DNA of 64,000 bases from Fibrobacterales bacterium (GTDB lineage: Bacteria > Fibrobacterota > Fibrobacteria > Fibrobacterales > JAOPTW01): NCBI GenBank assembly GCA_051532035.1, contig JAOPTW010000016.1, positions 1 to 64,000 of the forward strand, given 5' to 3'. Within the stretch, counting starts at the first letter, position 1. Each line of letters begins with the position of its first letter. The notes below the pieces were generated by a model. It saw nothing but the letters and a program-made list of their open reading frames with translations. It was not told the DNA's origin and made no database searches. Position numbers and translations under genes: made by a program. Shown here piece by piece: positions 47,916-57,593 of the stretch.

Positions 47916-50900
47916 GTCTCTTCTCCCCTGCTTCTGGGTGGGCATCACCAATCATTTTTTCAATCTCTTGACTATACTGCTCTTCTATTACTTTTGATGA
48001 CTCCGGGCACATACAGACATAGCCATCATTTGACCCCGGTTGCATACCACGAATATAGAGATAGTAGACACCTCCAAAATGAGTATCAAACGAATAACCA
48101 GGTAGCGCTGACTGCAACCATTTATGCAGCGCCAAGGCATATACTTTTAACTGAATATCATAGTGATCACGTAGCATACTCTCTTCAATAGCGCCTGCAT
48201 CATAGCCGTTCTCTAAATAATTAGACTTCCAATCCAAAATATAATACCGGCCTTTATGGCGAAAGAGCAAGTCAATAAACCCTTTCACAAAATGGGCATC
48301 TTCATTTTTAGTAAAAAGACGCACGGTATCTGACTGGAGGTAACTAAACTGAAACTCCATCTCTGCTTTGAGGTCTTTCTCTGGAATCTCTGCCAACGTA
48401 ATAGTATCAAACGTATCGCGCGTATCTATCATTGGAGCTGTGAGGCAATTATGTACCAAGCGTGCTATTGCTCTATAGTGCACTGACCCTATACCATATT
48501 TGGTACAATAAAACTCTATCACTTCTGCTGTCGATCGATTATGTAAGAGAGCGATTGCTGGATCGTCACTGTTAGATGCCGCACCCACCTCTGCAAAAGA
48601 GATATGCTCAAATATATCATGCAAGCAATTACCCGGTTCTGCGCCCCGAGGTATATCTTGAATATACTTATCAAAGAGTGCGGGTCTTGGTGCCGTCGGG
48701 ATCACTCCAATAGATGTTATTGAACGATCTTGTTCATGTATCGTATGTGAGAGATGCGAGTATGACTCCATAATTATTTTCTTTTTAGAAAATCCGTCAT
48801 ACTCAGGAATAATACTCTTTTCTGAAGTACTTGCCTTAGTAACTTCTTGACCAGTCACAACCAACTCTCTCTGGTCATATTTTGGATTGATAGTGACATA
48901 CCCATCAAGCTCATTATTGAGTGCACCGGTTATTGCTGGAGTGAGCACTCTATGCATTCCCACCTTTTTACTTATTTTTTCTGAACCAAAGAGTGGCATA
49001 TAGAGATAGTACTTCGCCCTTGTCATAGCCACATAGAGCAAGCGGGTATACTCAGGAAGCTTCTGCTCCACTGGTTCTTTTTGGGTAAAGTCGAATATAC
49101 GATGGTTGCCTTCTTTGATGACAGAGTAGTCGTTTCCCTGTAGCTCCCCAAAGCCTCCCATAAAAACAACATTAAACTCGAGCCCCTTTGAGGCATGCAT
49201 CGTCATAATTTGTACTGCAGCGTCGTCCCGTTCTTTTCGGTAGAGCTCGCCGTCATCTTCTCGTTCTAAACGCTCTGCCCGCCAATTTTTGAGTAGAGCA
49301 ACTTGATCACTCAAGGTGAGTTTTTGACCGTAGGCTTTTGTCTGTAAGTCTTGCATAATTTGCTTATAAACATCAAGCTGACGAAAGCGATTAGGACTGG
49401 ATGCTATGTTTTGTAACAGCGTGGTATCGTGAAGGAGTGAATGATAGAGCTCACCCCATTTTTTTCGACCGACCATCTGATGCCACCGATCATAGAGTTT
49501 TCGGTCACTGTCTGAAGGGCCGCTTTCACCACCAGGCACACTATTTCCTTTTTCAAAAAATGGTGTAAACAGTGCTTTGGTTATTGCACTCGGCACCGCA
49601 CCGAGTATACTTTCTAATACATAGAGAATATGCGCCGACTCTATTGATTGATAGACCCCTTGTTGTTTATAATAACTATAGGGAATCCCCGCATCTTGGA
49701 GTAGGCTTTCAAAGAGTTCTACATCACCCCGTTTTTGCACAAGAATCGCCATATCACTCCACTGAGCCCCACGAGACTTGAGATCGACTAACGCATTCAC
49801 CATCCATGGGTAGTATGCTTCTCTACATTTACCCACACCATCTTCTACCAATTCTTTTATTACAAAGGGCGCATAACTCTCATTGAGTGCAAATCGTTCA
49901 TAAAAGGTACCGGGCTGTTGAGCTGGTGACGCATCAGGATACCCTACGGGTGTATAGGAAATTTGTCCATCGTCACCATCACTCCCAAAGAATGAAGGAC
50001 GCGCAAAAATACCATTAAACGCTTCGAGAATCCGCCGACTCGAACGATAGTTTTCAGCAAGGGTATAAACAATCTCGCTACCGGAATGATCGAGCATCTC
50101 TTTTTTTGCCGTAAAATAGGTGGCAATATCGGCTCCTCTAAAGGAGTAGATCGCTTGCTTAGGGTCGCCAATAAGAAAGAGCTGTGTCTGTAAATCTTTG
50201 AGGTAGAGTATTTTAAATATTTCCCACTGTGCATCATCAGTATCCTGGAACTCATCGACCAAAACAACTCCGTACTGAGCACGAATCCGCCGCGCAATAT
50301 CATTGTCGGTCGTCACCATAGTACGAACACGGTGGATCATATCATTAAAAGTAAAAAGTGACTGACTCTCTTTTGTCTCCGCAACCTTTTCGATAAGTCG
50401 GATGAGTATCGGTATATATGTCTGCGCAGCTTCTTCACGGAGATATGACTCTGCATCACTGATGAGAACCTCAATAGCAGATACAATTTCGGAATACTTT
50501 TTACCATGACAGAGCGGAAAGTAATTTTCATTCTCAAAATCAAATGATGGGTCATCGCATTTCGCTTGAAGCCAGCCTATATTTTCTTTGCCACTTTTAA
50601 AGGTTTTAATAAAGTCAAGAAGTGGTTCTGGTCTTTCAACCCTACGACACTCTTCTATCACACCCGGAAGCGCTTCAACAAACTGTTCAGTCCACTCATC
50701 AAATTTTGGGAGTTTGCGTGTCTTATTAAAAGAAGTCTTATGCTCGAGGGCAACTTCTCGCTGGAGTGCGGCAAAATTTTTGAATAAGGATACACCATCT
50801 GGACCAAGCTTCGCTACACAGGCATCAACACTTGCAACAAATGGAGTAAGATGTTCTCCTACTACTGAATCATGCTCATGTTTTTGTTCTGCGATAGATA

Positions 50901-51411
50901 CAAACACTGACGATACTATTTTTTCGACATCGATATATGAACTTTCTTGAAGGAGTCGTACCAGTTCTGGATACTCTTTAGACCACTCACCTTTAAGGAG
51001 CTCCATGACTTCTTGCACGATAATCTCTCGTTCATCACTCAATTTTTCTTGAAAAGAACGCCCTGACTCAAACGGTACTTTTTGAATTACTTTTTTACAC
51101 CAACCATGAATCGTATAGATTTCGGCCATTTCGAAGTCTCGAACCGCACGAGCCAGTCTTTGAAACTCTTGCTCACCGAGGGCCACACTATGGAGTTCAC
51201 CACCTTTAACCGTCGCTATCAGCCCTTCTCGAATGCGTTCACGCATTTCGCCTGCAGCCTTTTCGGTAAAGGTTACCAGTAATATTTCATCAATAGGGGT
51301 ATCTGATGTACACAGGATTTCAAGAACCAGTTGCTGTATGGTATAGGTCTTACCCGTTCCCGCAGAGGCTTCTATCCAGCCATTTGGCTGTCCTGCTAAA
51401 GCTTTGAACAT
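47908..51411 (-). CDS. recB: Exodeoxyribonuclease V beta subunit
   Basis: EASAGTGKT, VTFTEKAA, VDEFQDTD, IGDPKQAIYSFRGAD, NYRS, MTMHASKGLEF, LYVAMTRA; nuclease GFIDL...ILDWKSN, YDIQ..VY. Confidence 0.93.
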   Translation of the reverse strand: MFKALAGQPNGWIEASAGTGKTYTIQQLVLEILCTSDTPIDEILLVTFTEKAAGEMRERIREGLIATVKGGELHSVALGEQEFQRLARAVRDFEMAEIYTIHGWCKKVIQKVPFESGRSFQEKLSDEREIIVQEVMELLKGEWSKEYPELVRLLQESSYIDVEKIVSSVFVSIAEQKHEHDSVVGEHLTPFVASVDACVAKLGPDGVSLFKNFAALQREVALEHKTSFNKTRKLPKFDEWTEQFVEALPGVIEECRRVERPEPLLDFIKTFKSGKENIGWLQAKCDDPSFDFENENYFPLCHGKKYSEIVSAIEVLISDAESYLREEAAQTYIPILIRLIEKVAETKESQSLFTFNDMIHRVRTMVTTDNDIARRIRAQYGVVLVDEFQDTDDAQWEIFKILYLKDLQTQLFLIGDPKQAIYSFRGADIATYFTAKKEMLDHSGSEIVYTLAENYRSSRRILEAFNGIFARPSFFGSDGDDGQISYTPVGYPDASPAQQPGTFYERFALNESYAPFVIKELVEDGVGKCREAYYPWMVNALVDLKSRGAQWSDMAILVQKRGDVELFESLLQDAGIPYSYYKQQGVYQSIESAHILYVLESILGAVPSAITKALFTPFFEKGNSVPGGESGPSDSDRKLYDRWHQMVGRKKWGELYHSLLHDTTLLQNIASSPNRFRQLDVYKQIMQDLQTKAYGQKLTLSDQVALLKNWRAERLEREDDGELYRKERDDAAVQIMTMHASKGLEFNVVFMGGFGELQGNDYSVIKEGNHRIFDFTQKEPVEQKLPEYTRLLYVAMTRAKYYLYMPLFGSEKISKKVGMHRVLTPAITGALNNELDGYVTINPKYDQRELVVTGQEVTKASTSEKSIIPEYDGFSKKKIIMESYSHLSHTIHEQDRSITSIGVIPTAPRPALFDKYIQDIPRGAEPGNCLHDIFEHISFAEVGAASNSDDPAIALLHNRSTAEVIEFYCTKYGIGSVHYRAIARLVHNCLTAPMIDTRDTFDTITLAEIPEKDLKAEMEFQFSYLQSDTVRLFTKNEDAHFVKGFIDLLFRHKGRYYILDWKSNYLENGYDAGAIEESMLRDHYDIQLKVYALALHKWLQSALPGYSFDTHFGGVYYLYIRGMQPGSNDGYVCMCPESSKVIEEQYSQEIEKMIGDAHPEAGEKRHG

Positions 51412-54400
51412 TCTACCCCCAAGAGCGCACCAAATCGTTTCAGATAGAGGGCCAGTGAATCAGGCCGCACTATTTTAAATGAGTCGAATCCTAAATAATC
51501 TGGTACATATCCCGCAGTACAATGAGACTCCCATGCGGCATCTATTGTAGTACATACCTCTTGCTGTAGCCGATCATTTATAATCGGGCTTTCATCTTCT
51601 TCTGAAAAAGCACGGAGCGACTCTTTAATAGCATCATACTTCTTGAGGCCCACTGCTTCAAAGCTTTTGGCCACTGCCGCATCAGTAAGGGTCCCTCCAC
51701 TATGTAACGATTCAAAAGGGAGGTTATAGAGGTCGTCTGTGAGAGTCATATCTATCAACAACTCTTGGAGTCTTTTTTGGCTCCCCTGTGATGTGAGATG
51801 AATAGTACACTGTTCAATTTTCTTCTTTTCGAAACTACTCCAACTCCACACCGCTAACCCATTCTTCACATACTCCCCAAACTTCTTGGACTGAGAAAGA
51901 ATGAGCAGTCGTGCATAGGCAATGAGAAGCTGCCTTGGCTTAAAACCTTTTGTGAAATTATTGGGCAACAGCAGAACAGGCTGCAGACCCGCTTTTGAAA
52001 TAAACAAATGCCCACTCACCCCCGTGAGGGTTACGAGATGATCTTGCCCGGGTAACGCACACTCTACCACTACTTTTTCTGACGGGAGGTATTCATACTC
52101 TTCTAAGGTTTTTTGTATCAGCTGAAGCCGTTCAATTTCTACCACAACTCCACGCTGCATCTCTTCTTTGGCCAATGCACCGAGTACTGCAGTAGGCACT
52201 GCACCAACTCGACTTGAATGACTCCACTGTTCAGCAACTATTTCTTGCGCGCCATGGGCACCAAGATCTTCTCCATCACCAAACCATTTTGAAAAAAGAG
52301 ATTCGAGTATATTCCCTTTCAACCCACCTTTCATTAACATATCAACAGATAATGGCTCATCAGAATAGGTTGCATACTCCTCTTCATCTCCCCACAATCC
52401 ATATTTTTGTTGGAGTCGATAGACCAATGGATTATCAATAAAGCGTTTTAATTGGCTCTCTGTTACCGTTGCATTTTCAGTCAATTCAACGCTCGTTGAT
52501 TTATATTCAGAAACAGTCGGACTCTTTTGTTCTTCCAATAGCTGCGTTATCGTAGCCTGTGGCTTGGCATAACTTGGCACAATCCAACAGCTCTCATCAG
52601 CACTCGGAACAAGTGGCTGAGTATATCCTCCGGCAAATAGTCTTTTATCGAAGCTGAGCAGCGGTATACGGCACTCCCGCAAAGGAGTATCTAATAAATG
52701 GGCATCACAAAACTCTCGGAGTTCACTCAAGAGGGAACTTTGCTGCAAAGGTTCATCTTTTTTAATATCCGTTGCTACATAGCTCAATACGAGTTGCTTC
52801 TTAACTGAAGTGAGAATTTCTAAAAAAAGATATCGGTCGGTTTCGATGGGAGAAAAATCACCAATCTCTCGTCTGCACCCTCTTAGATCGAGAGAGCTAT
52901 AGGTCATACGAGAAGGAAATACTCCCTCATTGAGGCCGAGTAAATAGATACATTCATAAGGCACTGGAGGTTTAGGGCTGAGGGACGTTACCGTTACACC
53001 CCCCGTTAAATAACTTCCGCCAAAACCTGAAAGGTCGCTCAAGAGACCCGATAAAAATTCTTGAATAAGTGGCCATGAAATGGTCGTTGATTTCTTTTGA
53101 AGGAGCACCACTTTGCTCATTTCTTCAAAAAAACTATCTCGAACCTTTTTTTCTGGCTCCATGTCATCGGGGATAGTGCACCATGTGGTAAAGAAGTGTG
53201 GGAGTATTCTCATCCACTCCGAAACTGACTTCTGTTTTTTGACCAAGGCGCCATCTCTAAAGAGCTGCTCAAGAGTCTCTACAAACAGAGTCAAAATAGT
53301 TTTGTTTTGTGCATCAATATCGCTATAGGCTTCAACTGAAAATTCTGAACCGATAATAACCGTTTCGGCTGCGACCACCTGCCCAAGGAGCAGCCTATCA
53401 AGAGCCATACGCCAGGTATGGATATACTCTTCTGCATAGCCCGCACTTTCTCGATGCGTCTGATCGAAATGGCGGAATATATTGAGCCGTTCAGCCCAGG
53501 TCACAAAAATAGTAACCATCTCGGGAGTAATACCCCGAGCCGCTTGTACACAAGGGTTTTCAAAAAAGGTAATAATGTCTTTGCGAGTAAAGCTCCCGCC
53601 TGTGAGGGCCATAAGATCACGGACAGCCTGACTATACATACTTGAACTTGCGGTTCCATCAATAAGACTAAAAGGAATGCGCTCACTTCCTTCGCTATTG
53701 CGGGCATCAAACACTTGTTGAATAATAGGCCCATAACGATCGAGGTCGGTTACAAATACCGCAATATCATGAAAACGAATTTTTGAATTAAGCCTGAGGG
53801 TATGCACAATACTATCGTACAACGTCTCAACCTCTCGTTTTATCTCAGGTGCACTCCAAAACTGGAGCGAGCCATCATACTTTTTCTTTGTGCAATCAGT
53901 TGTTCTATATAACAGTGAGTGTTGTAATCTCTCGAGCATCGGCCCTTCTGCATCGGGCTCACTATAGCGATCTGAAAAAGCGTAATCTGTTGCCTGACAC
54001 CAGAGCTGAATCCCTTCACGACCAGGACGTCCCCATTCAGCAAGAAGTGGATGCATCCGTGATGGTTCTTCACGTAAGGTTTCATCACCGAGCTCGGCTG
54101 GTTCTTTTGTGAGAACACGGCACTCATCTTCAGACAATTCATTCCAACTATTGGGTATTACGACTCGGTTTTTTTGAGACACAAGGTCTTCCCAAAAATC
54201 TGCACAGGGGTTCAGAGCATACACATTAAAAGTAACCCCCATTTCTGAGAGTTTAAAAATAAGCCGTCGATGAAAGAGTGATATCTGCGACATCGCAAAG
54301 ATATGCCAGGTTTCACCAGTACAACTGGAGGCATCTACTTCACCTTTAAATACTTGCCTCGCATACATGGGGAGGGAGCAGTACCAATCACTATTCGTTA

Positions 54401-55028
54401 GAGAATAGCGATCGAGAATTCCTTCTTCTGTAAAAAGCTCCCGATAAAGTTCTTTTTGCCAGAGCTCAACTTGGCCAAACCAGGTCTCTTCGTCGGGGCG
54501 AACCCCTTTGCCAATATTTTCTGAAAAAAGGAGTGCATTCGTATCAAGCCAGGACTCAATGACACCACTACACGATGGACTCTCTATTCGCTTAAATTCA
54601 TAATCAATAAATACTGTTGCAATCTGAGTTGCCAACTGCATCATTTTACGGAAGTAGAGGGATTCGTTTTTTTCAGCGCCCCCGAGATATTTCTTAAGAG
54701 GCTCATACACCGGTTTGGCCATGAGCTCACTATCCATAAGTGCATGCACGACAAAAAGAGAAAGAGATGCTTTATTGAGCGGTTCTGCACTCCCCCCTTC
54801 GAAGGTATCAATATCTTGAAGGATGCGCCATAAATTTTTCTCAAGCCTGCCTACATTGAGGTTCCCCACAATTCCATCACGCTGCGCCATATGGTATTGA
54901 AGCCAGGTACCCATTTGACCCCCTACAAGAATGGGATCGGGATTAAAGATATCATCGGGCTGATAATTATCGCGCAGCTTATCAAAAAGCTGCATGGTGT
55001 CGTTACTAAAAAAGAGGTTTATGGCCAT
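51396..55028 (-). CDS. recC: Exodeoxyribonuclease V gamma subunit
   Basis: LNPCADFWED, HPLLAEWGRPGRE, REVETLYD, DIAVFVTD, LLGLNEGVFP, DRYLFLEIL; first gene of recC-recB-recD. Confidence 0.9.
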   Translation of the reverse strand: MAINLFFSNDTMQLFDKLRDNYQPDDIFNPDPILVGGQMGTWLQYHMAQRDGIVGNLNVGRLEKNLWRILQDIDTFEGGSAEPLNKASLSLFVVHALMDSELMAKPVYEPLKKYLGGAEKNESLYFRKMMQLATQIATVFIDYEFKRIESPSCSGVIESWLDTNALLFSENIGKGVRPDEETWFGQVELWQKELYRELFTEEGILDRYSLTNSDWYCSLPMYARQVFKGEVDASSCTGETWHIFAMSQISLFHRRLIFKLSEMGVTFNVYALNPCADFWEDLVSQKNRVVIPNSWNELSEDECRVLTKEPAELGDETLREEPSRMHPLLAEWGRPGREGIQLWCQATDYAFSDRYSEPDAEGPMLERLQHSLLYRTTDCTKKKYDGSLQFWSAPEIKREVETLYDSIVHTLRLNSKIRFHDIAVFVTDLDRYGPIIQQVFDARNSEGSERIPFSLIDGTASSSMYSQAVRDLMALTGGSFTRKDIITFFENPCVQAARGITPEMVTIFVTWAERLNIFRHFDQTHRESAGYAEEYIHTWRMALDRLLLGQVVAAETVIIGSEFSVEAYSDIDAQNKTILTLFVETLEQLFRDGALVKKQKSVSEWMRILPHFFTTWCTIPDDMEPEKKVRDSFFEEMSKVVLLQKKSTTISWPLIQEFLSGLLSDLSGFGGSYLTGGVTVTSLSPKPPVPYECIYLLGLNEGVFPSRMTYSSLDLRGCRREIGDFSPIETDRYLFLEILTSVKKQLVLSYVATDIKKDEPLQQSSLLSELREFCDAHLLDTPLRECRIPLLSFDKRLFAGGYTQPLVPSADESCWIVPSYAKPQATITQLLEEQKSPTVSEYKSTSVELTENATVTESQLKRFIDNPLVYRLQQKYGLWGDEEEYATYSDEPLSVDMLMKGGLKGNILESLFSKWFGDGEDLGAHGAQEIVAEQWSHSSRVGAVPTAVLGALAKEEMQRGVVVEIERLQLIQKTLEEYEYLPSEKVVVECALPGQDHLVTLTGVSGHLFISKAGLQPVLLLPNNFTKGFKPRQLLIAYARLLILSQSKKFGEYVKNGLAVWSWSSFEKKKIEQCTIHLTSQGSQKRLQELLIDMTLTDDLYNLPFESLHSGGTLTDAAVAKSFEAVGLKKYDAIKESLRAFSEEDESPIINDRLQQEVCTTIDAAWESHCTAGYVPDYLGFDSFKIVRPDSLALYLKRFGALLGVECSKL

Positions 55029-55034
55029 GGTTGA

Positions 55035-55066
55035 AATATAAGTATTTTACCAGACAATAATTGTCA
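55035..55066 (-). promoter_or_regulatory. TGACA-N5-TGTCT box plus -10 element upstream of recC
   Basis: Minus strand TGACAATTATTGTCT (55066-55052), 11 nt, TATATT (55040-55035), 6 nt, ATG; fills the 39-nt intergenic gap. Confidence 0.72.
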
Positions 55067-55067
55067 C

Positions 55068-55781
55068 CTATAGGTCAATCTTACGGATATCCTGAAAGGA
55101 TCCCGATTCAAACCGGGTTAGTTTTGGAATCACCGCAACCGCTCGTTGAGCAAACAATTCAGGAGTGGGCATGGCATCAGTCCCCCGCGCAGCTTGTATA
55201 CGCCCCACAGTGGGGTACTCCTCTCCACTCACCTCACTGCAGAGGTAATCTTGCATTGCCGTATCTACCAGCCCTGGTGCAAATGCACAAAAATGGGTTT
55301 CCAGACGCTCTGCTGCATAAAGCGCAATAAACATATTGAGGGCCGCTTTTGAAATACCATAGCTACTCCACCCTTTATTGCCACTCACTGCCGCGCCAGA
55401 AGATGTCGCAACAACTTGAGTAAGGGTTACATTGAGATCATAGAGTGTGTCAAGAATTATCTTATTTGCCCAAACATTTACTGTCATACTCTCTTCTAGG
55501 TCAAGAATAGTAGTATCCTGAAGTGATGTAACCGAACCAAGCATACCGGCATTTAACAGCACCAAGTCGAATGAACGGCTCTCGCCTATAAGCGACTCAA
55601 TTGCAGAAGCAATCTGAAAGTGATCTGAGAGGTCACAGGATACAAAAGAGAACGTATCGAACAGAGAAAGATCTTTAGGTTCTCGTCTACTCAACCCGAA
55701 TACTCGGCACCCCATATCAAGATACTTCTTTGCCAATCCATGACCAATTCCTGAACTGACACCGGTGATTAAAATATTCAT
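55068..55781 (-). CDS. Short-chain dehydrogenase (sepiapterin/benzil reductase-like)
   Basis: ITGVSSGIG, LLNAG, SSGAA, YGISKAA, APGLVDTAMQ. Confidence 0.88.
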   Translation of the reverse strand: MNILITGVSSGIGHGLAKKYLDMGCRVFGLSRREPKDLSLFDTFSFVSCDLSDHFQIASAIESLIGESRSFDLVLLNAGMLGSVTSLQDTTILDLEESMTVNVWANKIILDTLYDLNVTLTQVVATSSGAAVSGNKGWSSYGISKAALNMFIALYAAERLETHFCAFAPGLVDTAMQDYLCSEVSGEEYPTVGRIQAARGTDAMPTPELFAQRAVAVIPKLTRFESGSFQDIRKIDL

Positions 55782-55906
55782 AGTTACCTTTTTGGGGCCC
55801 TAGCTCCATCTGTAATAAAAGTGCTTATTTTGGGTTTATTCCGCAATAGGTCCCCCTCCTTTTGCTTAAAAAAACAGTAAAGAGTACAAAGCAACTACTA
55901 AACACC

Positions 55907-55943
55907 TTGACTTACCCACAACTTTGTACTATTTTACTAGTAC
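55907..55943 (+). promoter_or_regulatory. trpR promoter with overlapping TrpR operator
   Basis: TTGACT-N17-TATTTT; operator GTACTATTTTACTAGTAC (55926-55943) matches the symmetric trp operator GTACTAGTTAACTAGTAC at 16/18. Confidence 0.82.
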
Positions 55944-56192
55944 ATGAATACGCAAAACAACTATTTAGACGAATTGGTAACCCATCTTCTCGAGAAAAAG
56001 AGTCCCGATGAGTTCAAAAAAGCCCTCAAAGGGCTCCTTACTCCCGCTGAGCTGAGTGAGATTCCCAAGCGTCTCCAAATTTTTAATATGCTTAAGGCCG
56101 GAATACCACAACGTGAGATTGCAAAAACCCTGGGAGTCGGAATCGCAACCGTCACCAGAGGATCTCGCGAATTAAAATCTGGCAACATTTAA
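55944..56192 (+). CDS. trpR: Trp repressor family protein
   Basis: LLTPAELSEI..RLQI, PQREIAKTLGVGIATVTRGSRELK. Confidence 0.9.
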   Translation: MNTQNNYLDELVTHLLEKKSPDEFKKALKGLLTPAELSEIPKRLQIFNMLKAGIPQREIAKTLGVGIATVTRGSRELKSGNI

Positions 56193-56204
56193 CGTGGACC
56201 TATT

Positions 56205-57593
56205 ATGAAAAAACCACCTATGATTGAACTCCCTCGTAAGCCCCATTATGTAAAAATGGCAGAGGACATAAACTTTTTTGAGCTCTTTAAAAAAATAGAG
56301 AAAAAGTATGACACCTGTTTTCTTTTAGAGTCTCTTGGTGAAGAGAGCTATGTTTCTCGCTATTCTCTTATTGGGTTTGACCCTGAACAAGTGATCTATG
56401 CTCAAGGAGCATCCCTCTTTATTAAAGAAAGAGATGGCTTTTGTGCAGAATACCCATCAGAAAACCCCTATTTCCTATTAAGGGACATTGTACCTCAAAA
56501 CATAATCTCTAAAAAATACGCAGGAGGGCTCACCGGATATATTGGCTACGACAGTATGAACTATTTTGAGCCAACAATGAACATCCAATCCAGTGAAATG
56601 TTTGATGCCTTTAAATTTGGCATGTATAAAGATGGCTTAATCCTCGACAAAATGACAGGAGAGCTCATCTATTTTTACTACACCGACAGCAGACTTGCCG
56701 AGATAGAAACTATATTGAACACTCCCTACGCAGGAAACGGGGACCTTTCTATTACCTACCATGGCGACACCATGACACAAGAAGCGCACAAAGCCGCTGT
56801 TGGAAAAGTCAAAAACGACATTGTAAATGGTCTAATATTTCAGTGCGAAGTAGGTTTTAAGTCTCGCTACACACTTGATGGTGACACCATCAATATTTAT
56901 GAAAAACTTCGTGAAGTTAACCCTTCTCCTCAGATGTACTATGTAAAATTTGGTGAAGAGAAAGTCATCGGTGCAAGCCCTGAACTCCTCTTTAGACTCC
57001 GTCAAGGAGAGATGGAGACCTTCCCCTTGGCCGGCACAGCCAAACGAGGCGCGAATGCAACAGAAGACACTCAATTTGCACGGGCACTCCTCAACGACCC
57101 TAAAGAGATCGCAGAACACAACATGATTGTAGACCTCCATAGAAATGACATTGGCCGTGTTGCCCGCTTTGGAACCGTTAAAGTACGCTCTCTTATGGAT
57201 ATTAAACGCTTCTCTCATGTACAGCATATTTCCAGTGAAATTGTCGGGATTATCTCAGAAAAAGAGGACATGTTCTCAGCTCTAGCGAGTAACTTCCCTG
57301 CCGGCACCTTAACCGGCGCCCCAAAAATTGAAGCCATGAAAATCATAAACGAACTTGAAGGCGATGGACGCGGCCCTTATGGTGGCGCACTCGGGCATTT
57401 CTCATTCAATGGCGACTGTACTTTTGCGATACCGATACGAACCGTTTTTGCCCATGGTAAAAACGCCTACGTACAGACCTGTGGCGGCAACGTTTACGAC
57501 TCAAATGCTGATGATGAATATGAAGAGATCAAACGAAAACTTGCGGGTACTAAAAAAGTACTCGATCAATTTATTACCGAAGGGGATGCATAG
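56205..57593 (+). CDS. trpE: Anthranilate synthase component I
   Basis: FLLESL, SRYSLIG, VNPSPQM, GASPELL, PLAGT, AEHNMIVDLHRND, FPAGTLTGAPK, GPYGG; downstream of trpR. Confidence 0.87.
   Translation: MKKPPMIELPRKPHYVKMAEDINFFELFKKIEKKYDTCFLLESLGEESYVSRYSLIGFDPEQVIYAQGASLFIKERDGFCAEYPSENPYFLLRDIVPQNIISKKYAGGLTGYIGYDSMNYFEPTMNIQSSEMFDAFKFGMYKDGLILDKMTGELIYFYYTDSRLAEIETILNTPYAGNGDLSITYHGDTMTQEAHKAAVGKVKNDIVNGLIFQCEVGFKSRYTLDGDTINIYEKLREVNPSPQMYYVKFGEEKVIGASPELLFRLRQGEMETFPLAGTAKRGANATEDTQFARALLNDPKEIAEHNMIVDLHRNDIGRVARFGTVKVRSLMDIKRFSHVQHISSEIVGIISEKEDMFSALASNFPAGTLTGAPKIEAMKIINELEGDGRGPYGGALGHFSFNGDCTFAIPIRTVFAHGKNAYVQTCGGNVYDSNADDEYEEIKRKLAGTKKVLDQFITEGDA

Noticed and set aside
47916..47951. 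ORF-track start of recD at 47951
   Set aside because: It overlaps recB by 44 nt. ATG 47915 has a purine-rich SD-like stretch and a typical short overlap.
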